Below, piece after piece: positions 53,098 to 64,000 of a stretch of DNA of 64,000 nucleotides. Origin of the DNA: Octopus vulgaris (Eukaryota); the NCBI GenBank assembly GCA_951406725.2, contig OX597819.1, positions 34,968,001-35,032,000 on the forward strand, given 5' to 3'. Numbering within the stretch: position 1 is the first letter of the stretch; every line of letters starts with the position of its first letter. Position numbers and translations under genes: made by a program. The notes beneath the pieces are model-generated. The model saw nothing but the letters and a program-made list of their open reading frames with translations. It did not search any database and was not told where the DNA came from.

Positions 53098-54197
53098 CTA
53101 AGAAAAAGAAAAAGCTACATGTATATACGTATATGAAGGCACACAACCTTGTGGTTAGGTTGCTGTGCTCATTATTGTTAGAGTGTGGGTTAAATTTCAG
53201 GACCAGGTGATGCATTGTATTCATGAGTAAAACACTTCATTTTGTATTGCTCTGTGATCATTTAAAAATATGATGTGTGGTACACTATGTCCCTGTTCAG
53301 GTAACATTGATTATATGGAGGGAGTGAGCAAATATACAGCACAAACATTTCATCGCTATAAACAAATTACTTGTGCAGGTTGTTCAGCAAGAAATTGTGG
53401 AACATCTTTCAAAAGACTACCACATCATGTATGTGCTTACACACATGCACATCTATATACACAAGGGTTGTACCGAAATTAATGAAAAAGTGATGATAAC
53501 ACTTTTTATTAACTGCAAAGAGAACCATATGAGCATGATCATTGACAGAGCGGCTAACCGGCTTCCGTGCCAGAGGTACTTAAAAGGCACCATTCGAGCT
53601 TGATCGTTACCAGCGTCGCCTTACTGGCACTCGAGCCCCGTGCTAGTAGGGTATTAAGAGCACCACCCGAGCGTGATCGATGTCAGAGTGGCTATCTGGC
53701 CTCCATGCCGGTGGCACGTAAAAGACACCATTTGAGCGTGACCGTTACCTTACTGGCACCTGTGCCGGTGGCATGTGTAAAAGATTCGAGCGAGGTCGTT
53801 GCGAGTACCGCCTGACTGGTACCCACTACACTCTCGGAGAGGTTGGCGTTAGGAAGGGCATCCAGCTGTAGAAACTCTGCCAGCTCAAGATTGAAGCCTG
53901 GTGCAGCCATCTGGTTCGCCAACCCTCAGTCAAAATCGTCCAACCCATGCTAGCATGGAAAGCGGACGTTAAACGATGATGATGACAAACTATTCAAACT
54001 GTACATGTTGGCCAAGTAACTCTTCCTTTATTTAAAGATATATAAAGAGTCACATTACAAGTGAGCATGTATGCATGTGCATGTAAGGTAAGAAGAAATG
54101 AGGAGTTTTCCAAAAGTTATTTTGGTAAAATAATTTTTTCCTAATTAGATTTGTAAATATTATAAAACAGTTTGACTTAAAACAAAATCTAACTTAC

Positions 54198-54263
54198 AGT
54201 TGTGTCCTGATACTCTGAGTTTCCACCATCTATAATGATATCACCTTTCTCAAGCAGAGGCAC
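54198..54263 (-). CDS. PGD: PGD exon 4
   Basis: VPLLEKGDIIIDGGNSEYQDTT; 66 nt. Confidence 0.96.
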
Positions 54264-54611
54264 CTATGATAACATTAAGAAAAAACATTTGTCATATTTT
54301 CTTCTTGCACTGTTTCCAGACACACATTGAATACAACAATATTTTAGAAATTGGGAGTCAATATAGACCTACTGGTTAAAACATATTTTCTCTTGTATTT
54401 AAATTAAAAATATATTGCAGACAATGGTAATTGTAATACTGACTGATTTAACATTAATATTCTTAGTGCAGGCATGGCTATGTCATTAAGAAGTTCCACT
54501 TCCCAACCAAATGGCATCAATCCCACTGCATGGCACCTTGGAAGTATACTATAATAGCTGTGGGTCAATCAAACTTTTGTGAGGGGATTTGGTAGATAGA
54601 AACTGGAAAAA

Positions 54612-54972
54612 GCACTCATGCCGGTGACACGTGGAGGGCACTCTTGCCGATGACATGTGGAGGGCACTCTCGCCGATGACACGTTGGAGGGCACTCTCGC
54701 CGATGACACGTGGAGGGCACTCTCGCCGATGACACGTGGAGGGCGCTCTCGCCGATGACACGTGGAGGGCGCTCTCGCCGATGACACGTGGAGGGCACTC
54801 TCGCCGATGACACGTGGAGGGCACTCTCGCCGATGACACATGGAAGGCACTCTCGCCGATGACACATGGAAGGCACTCTTGCTGATGACACTTGGAAGGC
54901 ACTCTTGCCAGTGACACGTGGAGAGCACTAGTGCAAGAGTGCCCTCCACGTGTCACTGGCAAGAGTGCCTTC
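54612..54972. repeat. 26-bp minisatellite (GACACGTGGAGGGCACTCTCGCCGAT)n with terminal inversion
   Basis: About 12 units; ORF-track peptides repeat every 26 aa (3 x 26 nt). Confidence 0.92.
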
Positions 54973-55842
54973 TCCTTGTTTTGACATTGCATGTTAATTG
55001 TAAGCAAATGTCACTGTCAAAGAAGTGGTGTTGTTTGTTTATGATCTGAGAAAACATGTCCAGCCACAATGAGTGCTGATCCTTTTTAGAAGTCCAGGAG
55101 AAATATTTACTTGATATGGAAACAGGTGAGAGTTGATGATAGGAAGAGAATCAGGCTGTAGAAAATTTGCTTCAACAAACTGAACCTGATCCATGTAAAC
55201 ATAGAAAATTATCATTTAACATTCACTTTTCTGTGGATGGAATTTATTGAGGCAGATTTTCTGTGGCTGGATGCCCTTCCTTCCACCATCCCTCATTTGT
55301 TTCCAAGCAAAGTAACATTCCCCCAAGATCAGACATGTTTTTGATGGAAGACTAGAAACAAACAGTATTGCTTAAATGGCAGTGATGCTCATTTACAATT
55401 CTCATGTGATGTCAAGACAAGAGTACACACACAAACATATGACAGGCTTCTTCCAGTTTTTATCTACCAAATTCACTCACATGGCTTTGGTTAGCTCAGG
55501 GCTATTATAGAAGACTCTTGCCCAAGGTGCCATGCAGTGGAACTAAACCCCAAGACCATAGGGTTGGAAAGTAAACTTCTTATCTACACAGCCATACCTA
55601 CACCTGTGGATATGAAAATGATAATGGTTCTAGCTATTTTGATATATTAGTGCAGCCATCTAGCTCACCAGTCCTCAGTCAAACCGTCCAACTCATGCCA
55701 ACATGGAAAGCGGACATTAAACGATGATGATGATATATTCTTTCATAACAACCATAAAGATCCTATCATGAAAATTCTTCTTAAACTGATATTTCTATTT
55801 TTATTCTGCAGTAATAGTTTCTTTGAATATATATTCATCTAC

Positions 55843-56300
55843 TACAAGTAATTAAGAAATTTCATCAAGAGGGTACCTGTTTGTATGAAACATCTCCTTA
55901 TTATACAATATCTGATTGCATTTAACACACAATCAAGACCGAATAATCTGCTAAATAAAGACATTTTTTAAAACAATAATTTTCAAATTCTTAATTATTC
56001 ATTGACTTGACTTGAGCAGCCAGGGTGGGTTGAGCTGGCTTCATTCATCCTCAATGCTGTGAGAGATGCAGCATTGAGGATGAATGAAGCCAGCTCAACC
56101 CACCCCGGGTGAATGCTGCTCAAGTCAAGTCAATGAATAATTAAGAATTTGAAAATTATTGTTTTAAAAAATGTCTTTATTTAGCAGATTATTAAATTCA
56201 GTCTTGATTGTGTGTTAAATGCAATCAGATATTGTATAATAGGGAGAAGATGTTTCATACAAACAGGTACCCTCTTGATGAAATTTCTTAATTACTTGTA
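55843..56300. repeat. Long palindrome (arms about 220-230 bp, 9-nt loop)
   Basis: tacaagtaattaagaaatttcatcaagagg... / ...cctcttgatgaaatttcttaattacttgta; loop 56060-56068. Confidence 0.92.
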
Positions 56301-56564
56301 TTAATTACTAGTAATTACTTAATTATTCATTACATTATTTAAATGAACTTAAAGATTGCAGTTAATATACAATGAAACAACATTACGAACCAATAAAGAA
56401 CAAAATTACAGAATCAGTAGAGTAAAGATTTGCTTTATGATAACAGGATCTTGTAGTAAGAATTTTTTTTTTCTAACAAATTGTCAACACACGATTATAA
56501 ATATTTAACCAGTAAAAATGAAATTTAATTGAAATTAATAAAAATTTAATCAAAAGTAACTTAC

Positions 56565-56744
56565 TAATTTATCAATAAAATCATCAACTGCTTGGCCTGC
56601 TTTCACCAACATCATAACTCGGCGAGGTTTCTTTAATTTGGACACCATATCTTCAAGTGAAGTTGCACCAATGACTTTAGTACCTTTTGCTTCATTTTCC
56701 AAAAAATGAGTAACCTTTGATACAGTTCTGTTAAAAGCGCACAC
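56565..56744 (-). CDS. PGD: PGD exon 3
   Basis: VCAFNRTVSKV...LKKPRRVMMLVKAGQAVDDFIDKL; 180 nt. Confidence 0.97.
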
Positions 56745-57010
56745 CTAGTATAATAAAAGCAAAGCATTAAATATTTGGTTAATAAAAAACTAACTCAAAT
56801 CTATAGCTATATTTCCCTAACTGAGGTGCTTCCATACCAGCATGGACAGCAGACGTTAAATGATGACGATTAATATCAACTATTCCTCCCATTACTTTCA
56901 AAAATTTCAATAAATATTAATAAACAGTTTCTTGTTCATTGTTGGAGATAGAAGAATTTTAAATATCATGATTTTAGCCCTTTCCCATCTGCTATACTAG
57001 CAAAGACTAT

Positions 57011-57444
57011 ACAGTTCAATATTTAAGAGATGAAAAATTATATACATTATTTACATTCAACAGATATTTGTCTTCATTTTGTTTGTTGTTAACACAACTT
57101 TTCGGCTGATATACCCTCCAGCCTTAATCAGGTATCTTGGGGAAATTTCAGACCTGGGTTCTCATTCCTAAGGTATTTTTTGATATTATTATTAGGTCAC
57201 TGCTTGAAATCGAACTCAGAATCTTGGGGTTAGTAGCCCGTGCTCTTAACCCTAAGATTCTGAGTTCAATTCCAGGCAGTGACCTGAATAATAATAATAA
57301 CAACAACATTGCAAAATACCTTAGGAATGAGAACCCAGGTTCGAAATTTCCCTAAGATACCTGATGAAGGCTGGAGAGTATATCAGCCGAAATGTGTTAA
57401 CAACAAACAAGATAAGGACAAATATCTGTCAAATGTAAATAATG
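57011..57444. mobile_element. Fold-back Penelope-like element, copy 3
   Basis: Same arms as copies 1 and 2; TSD tagcaaagactat at 56998-57010 and 57445-57457. Confidence 0.88.
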
Positions 57445-59148
57445 TAGCAAAGACTATTTTCATTTTATTTTTTAGATTTGAAACTCTTATTGCTAAATGA
57501 TTCTACTTAGGCCTGTAGGAACCACTCCTGAGAACATCTATTACAGAATTCATTCCTGAAAATCAAAGTAATTCCAATTGAGTTCCTTTTCCTTTATATA
57601 TGACATTTTATTAAACTTCCACTACTCATAGGCTATCTCAATGAAAAAGCCAGCTACCTGATTATCTTCAATTAACAAACTCTTTAGCTTTTAAACTGGC
57701 CATATCCAATCCAAATATTCTACTTGTCTTATCCTCAAACTGATCATATCTGGCCTCTCACACCTAACCTACAACGTACTTCACTTAGCAATGCATCCTG
57801 ATTTATTCACTCGTGTCTTGTAAAAAATAGCCAGAAGGAAGGCAATATGAAACCATCTTTATAGCTTCCAGGAAAATCCATAAGTAGAGTGCTTGGAATA
57901 GAAGTCACCTGATGTCATTTGTTGATCCAATGGCACAAGGAAGGTTGTGTGCATGTGTGTGTGTGTGTGTGTGTGCAAGTGCACACACATACATGTATTG
58001 TTGACATTGCAAGAATTTAGAAACATCAAGAACACAAAATAATTTCTTTTTTGAAATGGTAAATCTTGAAGCAGAGAAAGCTATAAACAATAGCATGCCA
58101 ATACTGGATTAAAAAAAACTCTTTCGATAAAAAGAGTCAAAGGCTGCCAGTGAGATGCAAAACCCATGTCTCCTGTAAACATGTCTGGTATTTTTATTCC
58201 CATCAAAAAGCCCTTAGCCCTTTAGCATTCATATTACTGTGTCAAATTTAATGTTTATTTATTCTCATTGTTTTCAACTAATCATTTATCATCCTGTAGC
58301 ATTGAAATTTCAAAATTTCAATGATGTGATTGCATATTATCAAAATGACTTTGTAGGGTAGGTGTGAGAGGTGGGATCTGACTAGTTTGAACACAAAACA
58401 GGTAGAATATTTGGGCTGGATATGGCCAGATTAAAACATCTGTTTTGACACTACTCCTACTGCTCTCATCCCTCATTATCATTATTGTTTAACATCTATC
58501 TTCCATGCATGCATGGGTAAGATGGTTGACAGGAGCCAGCCCATTAGAAAACTACCCTAGGCTATAAGGCGGCGAGCTGGCAGAAACGTTAGCACGCTGG
58601 GCGAAATGCTTAGCAGTATTTCGTCTACCATTACGTTCTGAGTTCAAATTCTGCCGAGGTTGACTTTGCCTTTTATCCTTTCGAGGTCAATAAATTAAGT
58701 ACCAGTTACGCACTGGGGTCAATCTACTTAAATTAATCCCTTTGTCTGTCCTTGTTTGTCCCCTCTGAGTTTAGTCCCTTGTGGGCAATAAAGAAATAAG
58801 AAAACTACCCTAGGCTATTGTGTCTGCTTTGGCAGGGTTTTTCAGCTGGATGCCCTTCCTAACACCAACCACCCTGCAGATGCTTTATTAAACTATATAC
58901 TTCTTCAACAGAACAGAAATCCTGAAATCAACTCCCTACCTACCAACATGCAAAAATTCAACTTGAGAGATGTCTTAACACCACCCACTTACATGAACAC
59001 CAACCCATCCTTGGCTAAAAAAAAATTGCAAAAGTGTTTTTAAACAATTGTCTTATGGTTTTCAGGGTAATGAAACATTCTTTGATAAAATTTATGCAAT
59101 TTATTCAAAAAACTGGATAATCAGTAAATCTAGTGAAAATATACTCAC

Positions 59149-59224
59149 CACATATCCATTATCATTCATGTTAAGAATAAGGTTTTGACCCATCACGGCT
59201 AGGCCAATCAAAGCAATGTCTGCT
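59149..59224 (-). CDS. PGD: 6-phosphogluconate dehydrogenase, exon 2 (first exon found)
   Basis: ADIALIGLAVMGQNLILNMNDNGYV, NADP-binding GxAxxG motif; AG/GT boundaries; 76 nt. Confidence 0.96.
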
Positions 59225-59627
59225 CTGAAAAATGAATTAAATATATATTAAAATCATAAGAATAAGATCATATTTCAAATTTCCTCCTTTTTTTTTTCAT
59301 TTGACTAGGCTAATTAAGAAAAGGTATTTATATTTGACATAATCATTTATTATATACAAATCAATGAAAGAATAAAACATGGTTATTCCACCTGGTAAAA
59401 AGAAAAATAGTAGCCAAATCTCCCTCACATCATACCTACCGCCTTAAAAGGAAAGGGCACATTGACCAATGTAATCTTCATTTAACATCCATTTTCTTTG
59501 CAGGAGCTAGATGGCTTGACATGAGCTGATAAACTGGAGAGCTGCATCAGGTTGCATTTGTCAGTTTTGACTTAGTTTCTATGGCTGGATGCCCTTCCTA
59601 ATGCCAACCACTTTATAGAGTGTACAG

Positions 59628-59832
59628 GGTGCCTTCCACATGTCACCAGCAAGAGTGCCTTCCACGTGTCACCGGCAAGAGTGCCCTCCACGTGTCACCA
59701 GCAAGAGTGCCCTCCACGTGTCACCGGCAAGAGTGCCCTCCACGTGTCACCGGCAAGAGTGCCCTCCACGTGTCACCGGCAAGAGTGCCTTCCACGTGTC
59801 ACCGGCAAGAGTGCCTTCCAAGTATCACTGGC
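59628..59832. repeat. 26-bp minisatellite (GTGCCCTCCACGTGTCACCGGCAAGA)n, inverted relative to 54612
   Basis: About 8 units embedded in a SINE body. Confidence 0.92.
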
Positions 59833-61299
59833 ACAGGTTCCTGTCACCTGCACGGGTGCCATTTACTTGTCATTGGCATGAGTGCCATCACCATCACGAG
59901 TTCCTTTAGCATTACATTGACTAAAGTAATACTAAGTACAATGTGTTTGAAAACTATAAAAAATTATCGTCATGGCTTGGAGTGCCTTTGAATCATAAGT
60001 TCAGCTTACCCAGAGTTCTTTTTTAAATGGTGAATATTGAAGCAAATAAAGCTATAAACAATAGCATATCAATATTGGGTTAAAAAACTCTTTTGATAAA
60101 AGGTTGCCCCAGGGATGCAAACCCACATCTCCTGTAAACAAGAGAGGTGTTCTTATTCTTACCCAGAATTGACAGAGTTAAACAAATGCAATTTAATGTA
60201 GAGAAAACGCAGTTCTTGTTAATTCATTCAATAATTGTTACAACAAACCACTTTTTTATAACACAAAATAAGGAATGCATAGAATTTTTTTTCTGTTACA
60301 AATTAATTTTCTTTTTTTTTTTTTAATTGCAGTCTGGCTACAGAAAAACTGTGGTAATTGAGAGGGGAAGAGATGAAAATTATGTTCATCACCATTGTCA
60401 TTGCTGCCACCTCCACCATCATCTCCTGGAAGCTACCTTATTTGAGTATCTGTTTAACCCATTAGCATTTAAACTGGCCATAACCAGCCCAAATATTCTA
60501 TGCATTTTATGCTAAAACTGACCTGATCCAACTTCTGATACCTACCCTACAATGTCATTCTAAAAACATACAAACACACTGTTAAAATCTTGGAGCTACA
60601 AGATGTGTGATTAATTAAGCAATGTGAATAAATAAGCAATACATCTGATAAAAAAATCTGAATGGTAAAGGCTTAATCCTAAATCTTTATCTTATGCATT
60701 AATTTGTCTATTGAGTGGTATGCACACATGCACACACAAACACAGAGCTGCTTTTATAATACATGTAAATCTATAATACATCGTTATGAAACAAGTAGCG
60801 TTGAATGTAGTTAACCTTAAATTCCAAGTAGGTTTCTCAAAATTAAGCTTATGAATTATCAAAATATTTGGGTACATTATAGAAAACCAACCAAACCATT
60901 CTAGTAAGTATTTGCAACACTTGCTTTCTGATTCACTTGAGATGTCTTAAAACTGAAAAACAGAATGACTGTCAAACTGAAATCTAACACAGATATTAAA
61001 GTACAGTACAGTTAGTCATGCAAGTGAGCATGACTAGATAACATGTACAATGCTTTCACCAATCTTTTTTTTTTTGTTTAATCATCTGTTTATTTATTGA
61101 CCTACTTTTACAAGAAGAAAAGAAAAAAAAAGAAACATCAAATGTATAAAAGATCAAATTACCAACAACAAAACAAAAAAAATAGAACTACCTCATGGAG
61201 GAAACAAAGAAAAAAAGCAGGGAATTAAGCAGCAAAAGACAGGAGGGAAGAAATTAACAGGTAGTATATCCTAGGCCAAATGGTGTGTTTGCCCAAGCC

Positions 61300-62880
61300 T
61301 CACAGACATAATTGCAAAGGCCTTGCCACAGAGAATAGCCAATGAACACTGCAACAGCCATCCCACTTCGTAGGGCCCATTTCTCAGATGGGTTGCAGTT
61401 ATCCTGGTTTTGCGGAGAAAATCAGCAGTCTAGGGTCTGAGAACACTTGAGGTCTCAATGGCAACCAGGACAAACAAACACACAGCCAATCAGGTTCCTG
61501 TATCTATTTGACTTCTCTGCATTACAAGCAGTGATGCCTGGGTTTGCAGCCAATGCAGTAAGAATGGAGCCAGAGAACATGTCAATGCACATTGTGCCCC
61601 AGACTATGGATTTACCCCATCCTTGTATGGGAAGAGGGTTATAGTATCAGAGCACTTATCTATGTGGTCAAGACCTATTGGCTCCAGTTGTGACAGGAAA
61701 CCAGCCGCATTGAGGACACTTCTAATTATGTCATTCACAGTGTTGTATTAGGGGAACTGGCCTGCACTTTGGCTGTAGAAAAATAGATGCAGGCCCAATT
61801 CATTGACTACAGCCCCATGATAGCATTTGTGCAGCTCACACATGTGGAGATTGAGGTGCTGGGCCACTCAGTTATGAATGCACTCATTATCAAGAAGAGA
61901 GTACTGGTTGATGAGGAGGGCACTGTCTTGACCTATGTACCACTGTTTGGCTGTGAAACCGAATGGAGGTAGGCAAGGCAGGATTAGTCTTAGGATGTCT
62001 CAATCTGAATGAAGATAGATTTGGATTTGGTATCATACCAGTTGTGTTGGACATCTGTATTCTAGGGGATGGTAAGGTCTTCAACAGTCCAATTAGTGAG
62101 AGCTGAGTCCAGTTTCCAGACCATATCAGGTTCAGCCATCCCACAGAGTACTGCATTGATGAGCATGAGACTGGAGGAGATCAAGGACAGATAGGCCAGC
62201 AGAATCAGATCCAATGCGGAATGGATGCCAAAGTCACTGAACAGGTATTTAGCCTGATGCCAGCCAGTGCTGTCAAAACATTGCAGATCAGTTCAGCACA
62301 GCACTGGATGGTGGCGACGATTGCACTGAAGCAATCTATGAGAGGATAACATAGCACACTGAGTAGCAAGAAAAGGAGCTTAGGCAGGGCAAAGCAATTC
62401 CTCAAAAGGAAGATCGCCAGATGTGTCATTGAGGTGCAATCTCTCAGTCATCCTAGATTAGTTAAGTCCACAAGCTTGGTCTCCAGGCACTCTTATGGTT
62501 TTCGGGAGAATTGCAGAGCCATGCAGACAACATTCCTTGGCATCAGCCAAGTCCCCATCAAGACAGCCTGGATATTGAGTACAGTATCTTGGAATTCAAT
62601 CTCACCACAGATCACATTTATCATCTCTGATTGGAGGAGTTGATCTCAAACCCAAGAATCTTTAAGGGCTGGGATGACCTGCTGAAGATACTCAACTATA
62701 GGCTCAACCAAGACACCCAGGGTCACATCATCCTGATACCAGACATTGAAGGGTGGATAAATTGATTGGGCAACATCATCGACAGCCAACACAAAAAGGA
62801 GTGGAGTAAGAGGGCCACTTTGCTGGATGCCTGTAGGGTAAGCAATCCTGTTGTCAGCAGCCATGAAAAAGGGCTACACC
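61300..62880 (-). mobile_element. Decayed CRE-like (restriction-like endonuclease) non-LTR retrotransposon
   Basis: GIQQSGPLTPLLFVLAVDD...VWYQDDVTLG (RT), LLRNCFALPKLLFLL, and downstream LEP.GL / GKSIVW / VAIET remnants. Confidence 0.75.
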
Positions 62881-64000
62881 ACCACCTAGCTGATACATTA
62901 CAACTGAAGAAAGTAGTTGGTATGTGAGAGGAACACAAACATGAGAAGAAGCATTTTTTCAAAAAATACAATGAACCACTCAGTCCAGGAATTGAAACCA
63001 CAATCTTGCAATCATGAGTGCAATGACCACTAGGCCATGTGGCCTCTAAAATTTCAGTGGACACTAACATATTTAACCCTTTGGCATTCAGAATATTTGA
63101 TCAAATTTAGTGCTTATATATCTACATTGTTTTGAATTGATCATGCATTATCTTGTAGCTTTGAGATTTTGAGGATGTGATTATTTTTAAGAATGACATT
63201 GCTGGGTATGTGTGAGAAGTCAGACTTGGCTGGTTTGAACATAGAATACGTAGAATATTTAAGCCAGATTTGGCTGTTTTAAATGCTAAAGGATTAAAGA
63301 AGTAAGCCAAGATATTTAATTAATTAAAATTACACCTGTAATGAGGAGAAAAAAAATCTTTTAACTTAATTATTAGTTCTAATCAAGAGAGGCAAGGAGA
63401 AACAACCTTGGAATGAAAGTAATAACAGAACATAATGTGGAGTGAGTTTGATCTTTGGTAACACAATGACAACTAGTGGACAGGTTTCAATCATTAATGA
63501 ATCACGGTCTAATCATTACTAACATGTCTAAGACTGACCAGAGAGAGATATAGGGTTTTAGTAAATGGACATTGAGTGGAGTATTAACTTAAAAGAATGA
63601 CCAAGGGAAAAAATATTCACAGGATCAACTGCTGCATGAAAAAATAATTGGCAGAGTGGATGCTAAGATATTTAATGGAGTAAGAAAAGAAATTACACTT
63701 GTAGTGAAAACGAAAAAAGTTGATTATTAATTCTAATAAAAAAAGACAAGGGAGACAATTATAGAATTTTAAATTGAGACTCCAGGCATGTTTTAGTTGT
63801 ATCAGACCTCATTAGTGATGCATAGCCTAAACACTGCTGTCTAACTTTAGAATGACTAGAGAGAAAAGCAAAATAAATAGAATTCATTAAAAAGGTATAT
63901 CAATAAAAAGTTATTTGTATGTGTTATTTTCTACTGGTTTCAATCATAGCCTTTCCGATTCTTTCTTTCAAAAGAAACATAATTGTCAATTTCAGATTAA

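Noticed and set aside
54549-55007. Repetitive Cys/His-containing ORFs and a CRISPR-like appearance
   Set aside because: The 26-bp units are contiguous with no unique spacers, the context is eukaryotic with no cas genes, and the ORFs are by-products of a stop-free repeat.
56270-56390. Hammerhead at TTGATGA...GAAAC in and after the palindrome's right arm
   Set aside because: The core is imperfect and no stem I/II closure could be drawn.
58055-60150. Direct repeats of about 130 bp flanking PGD exon 2 (58055-58190, 60025-60140) as LTRs
   Set aside because: They are diverged, lack TG..CA ends and internal gag/pol, and are more likely two copies of a dispersed repeat.
59225-64000. PGD first (ATG) exon and promoter
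   Set aside because: Only a few coding nt are expected; no confident ATG+donor or promoter-like region was found, so it probably lies beyond the window.

Overview
AT-rich, repeat-dense eukaryotic DNA, most likely from an octopus or other coleoid cephalopod (inferred from the SINE/MITE families and microsatellite load). There are two convergent spliced genes. A complete RNF34/RFFL-family E3 ubiquitin ligase lies on + (5 coding exons, 20875-30403, 361 aa). 6-phosphogluconate dehydrogenase (PGD) lies on - (13 coding exons, 59224-33510; the tiny ATG exon was not located). The rest is transposon debris: tRNA-derived SINEs, Helitrons, piggyBac/Tc1/Merlin-like MITEs, RTE/CR1/CRE LINE fragments, a 3x407-bp triplication and two 26-bp minisatellites. 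The most notable signal is a Penelope-like retroelement family with three independent fold-back insertions in PGD introns, each with a 12-14 bp target-site duplication. Its terminal repeat joins a tRNA-like Pol III promoter cassette to a minimal hammerhead ribozyme, and in one copy this cassette lies directly behind a GIY-YIG endonuclease C-terminus. Several other hammerhead-bearing, palindromic Penelope-type relics occur across the window. All coordinates and identities were read by eye.
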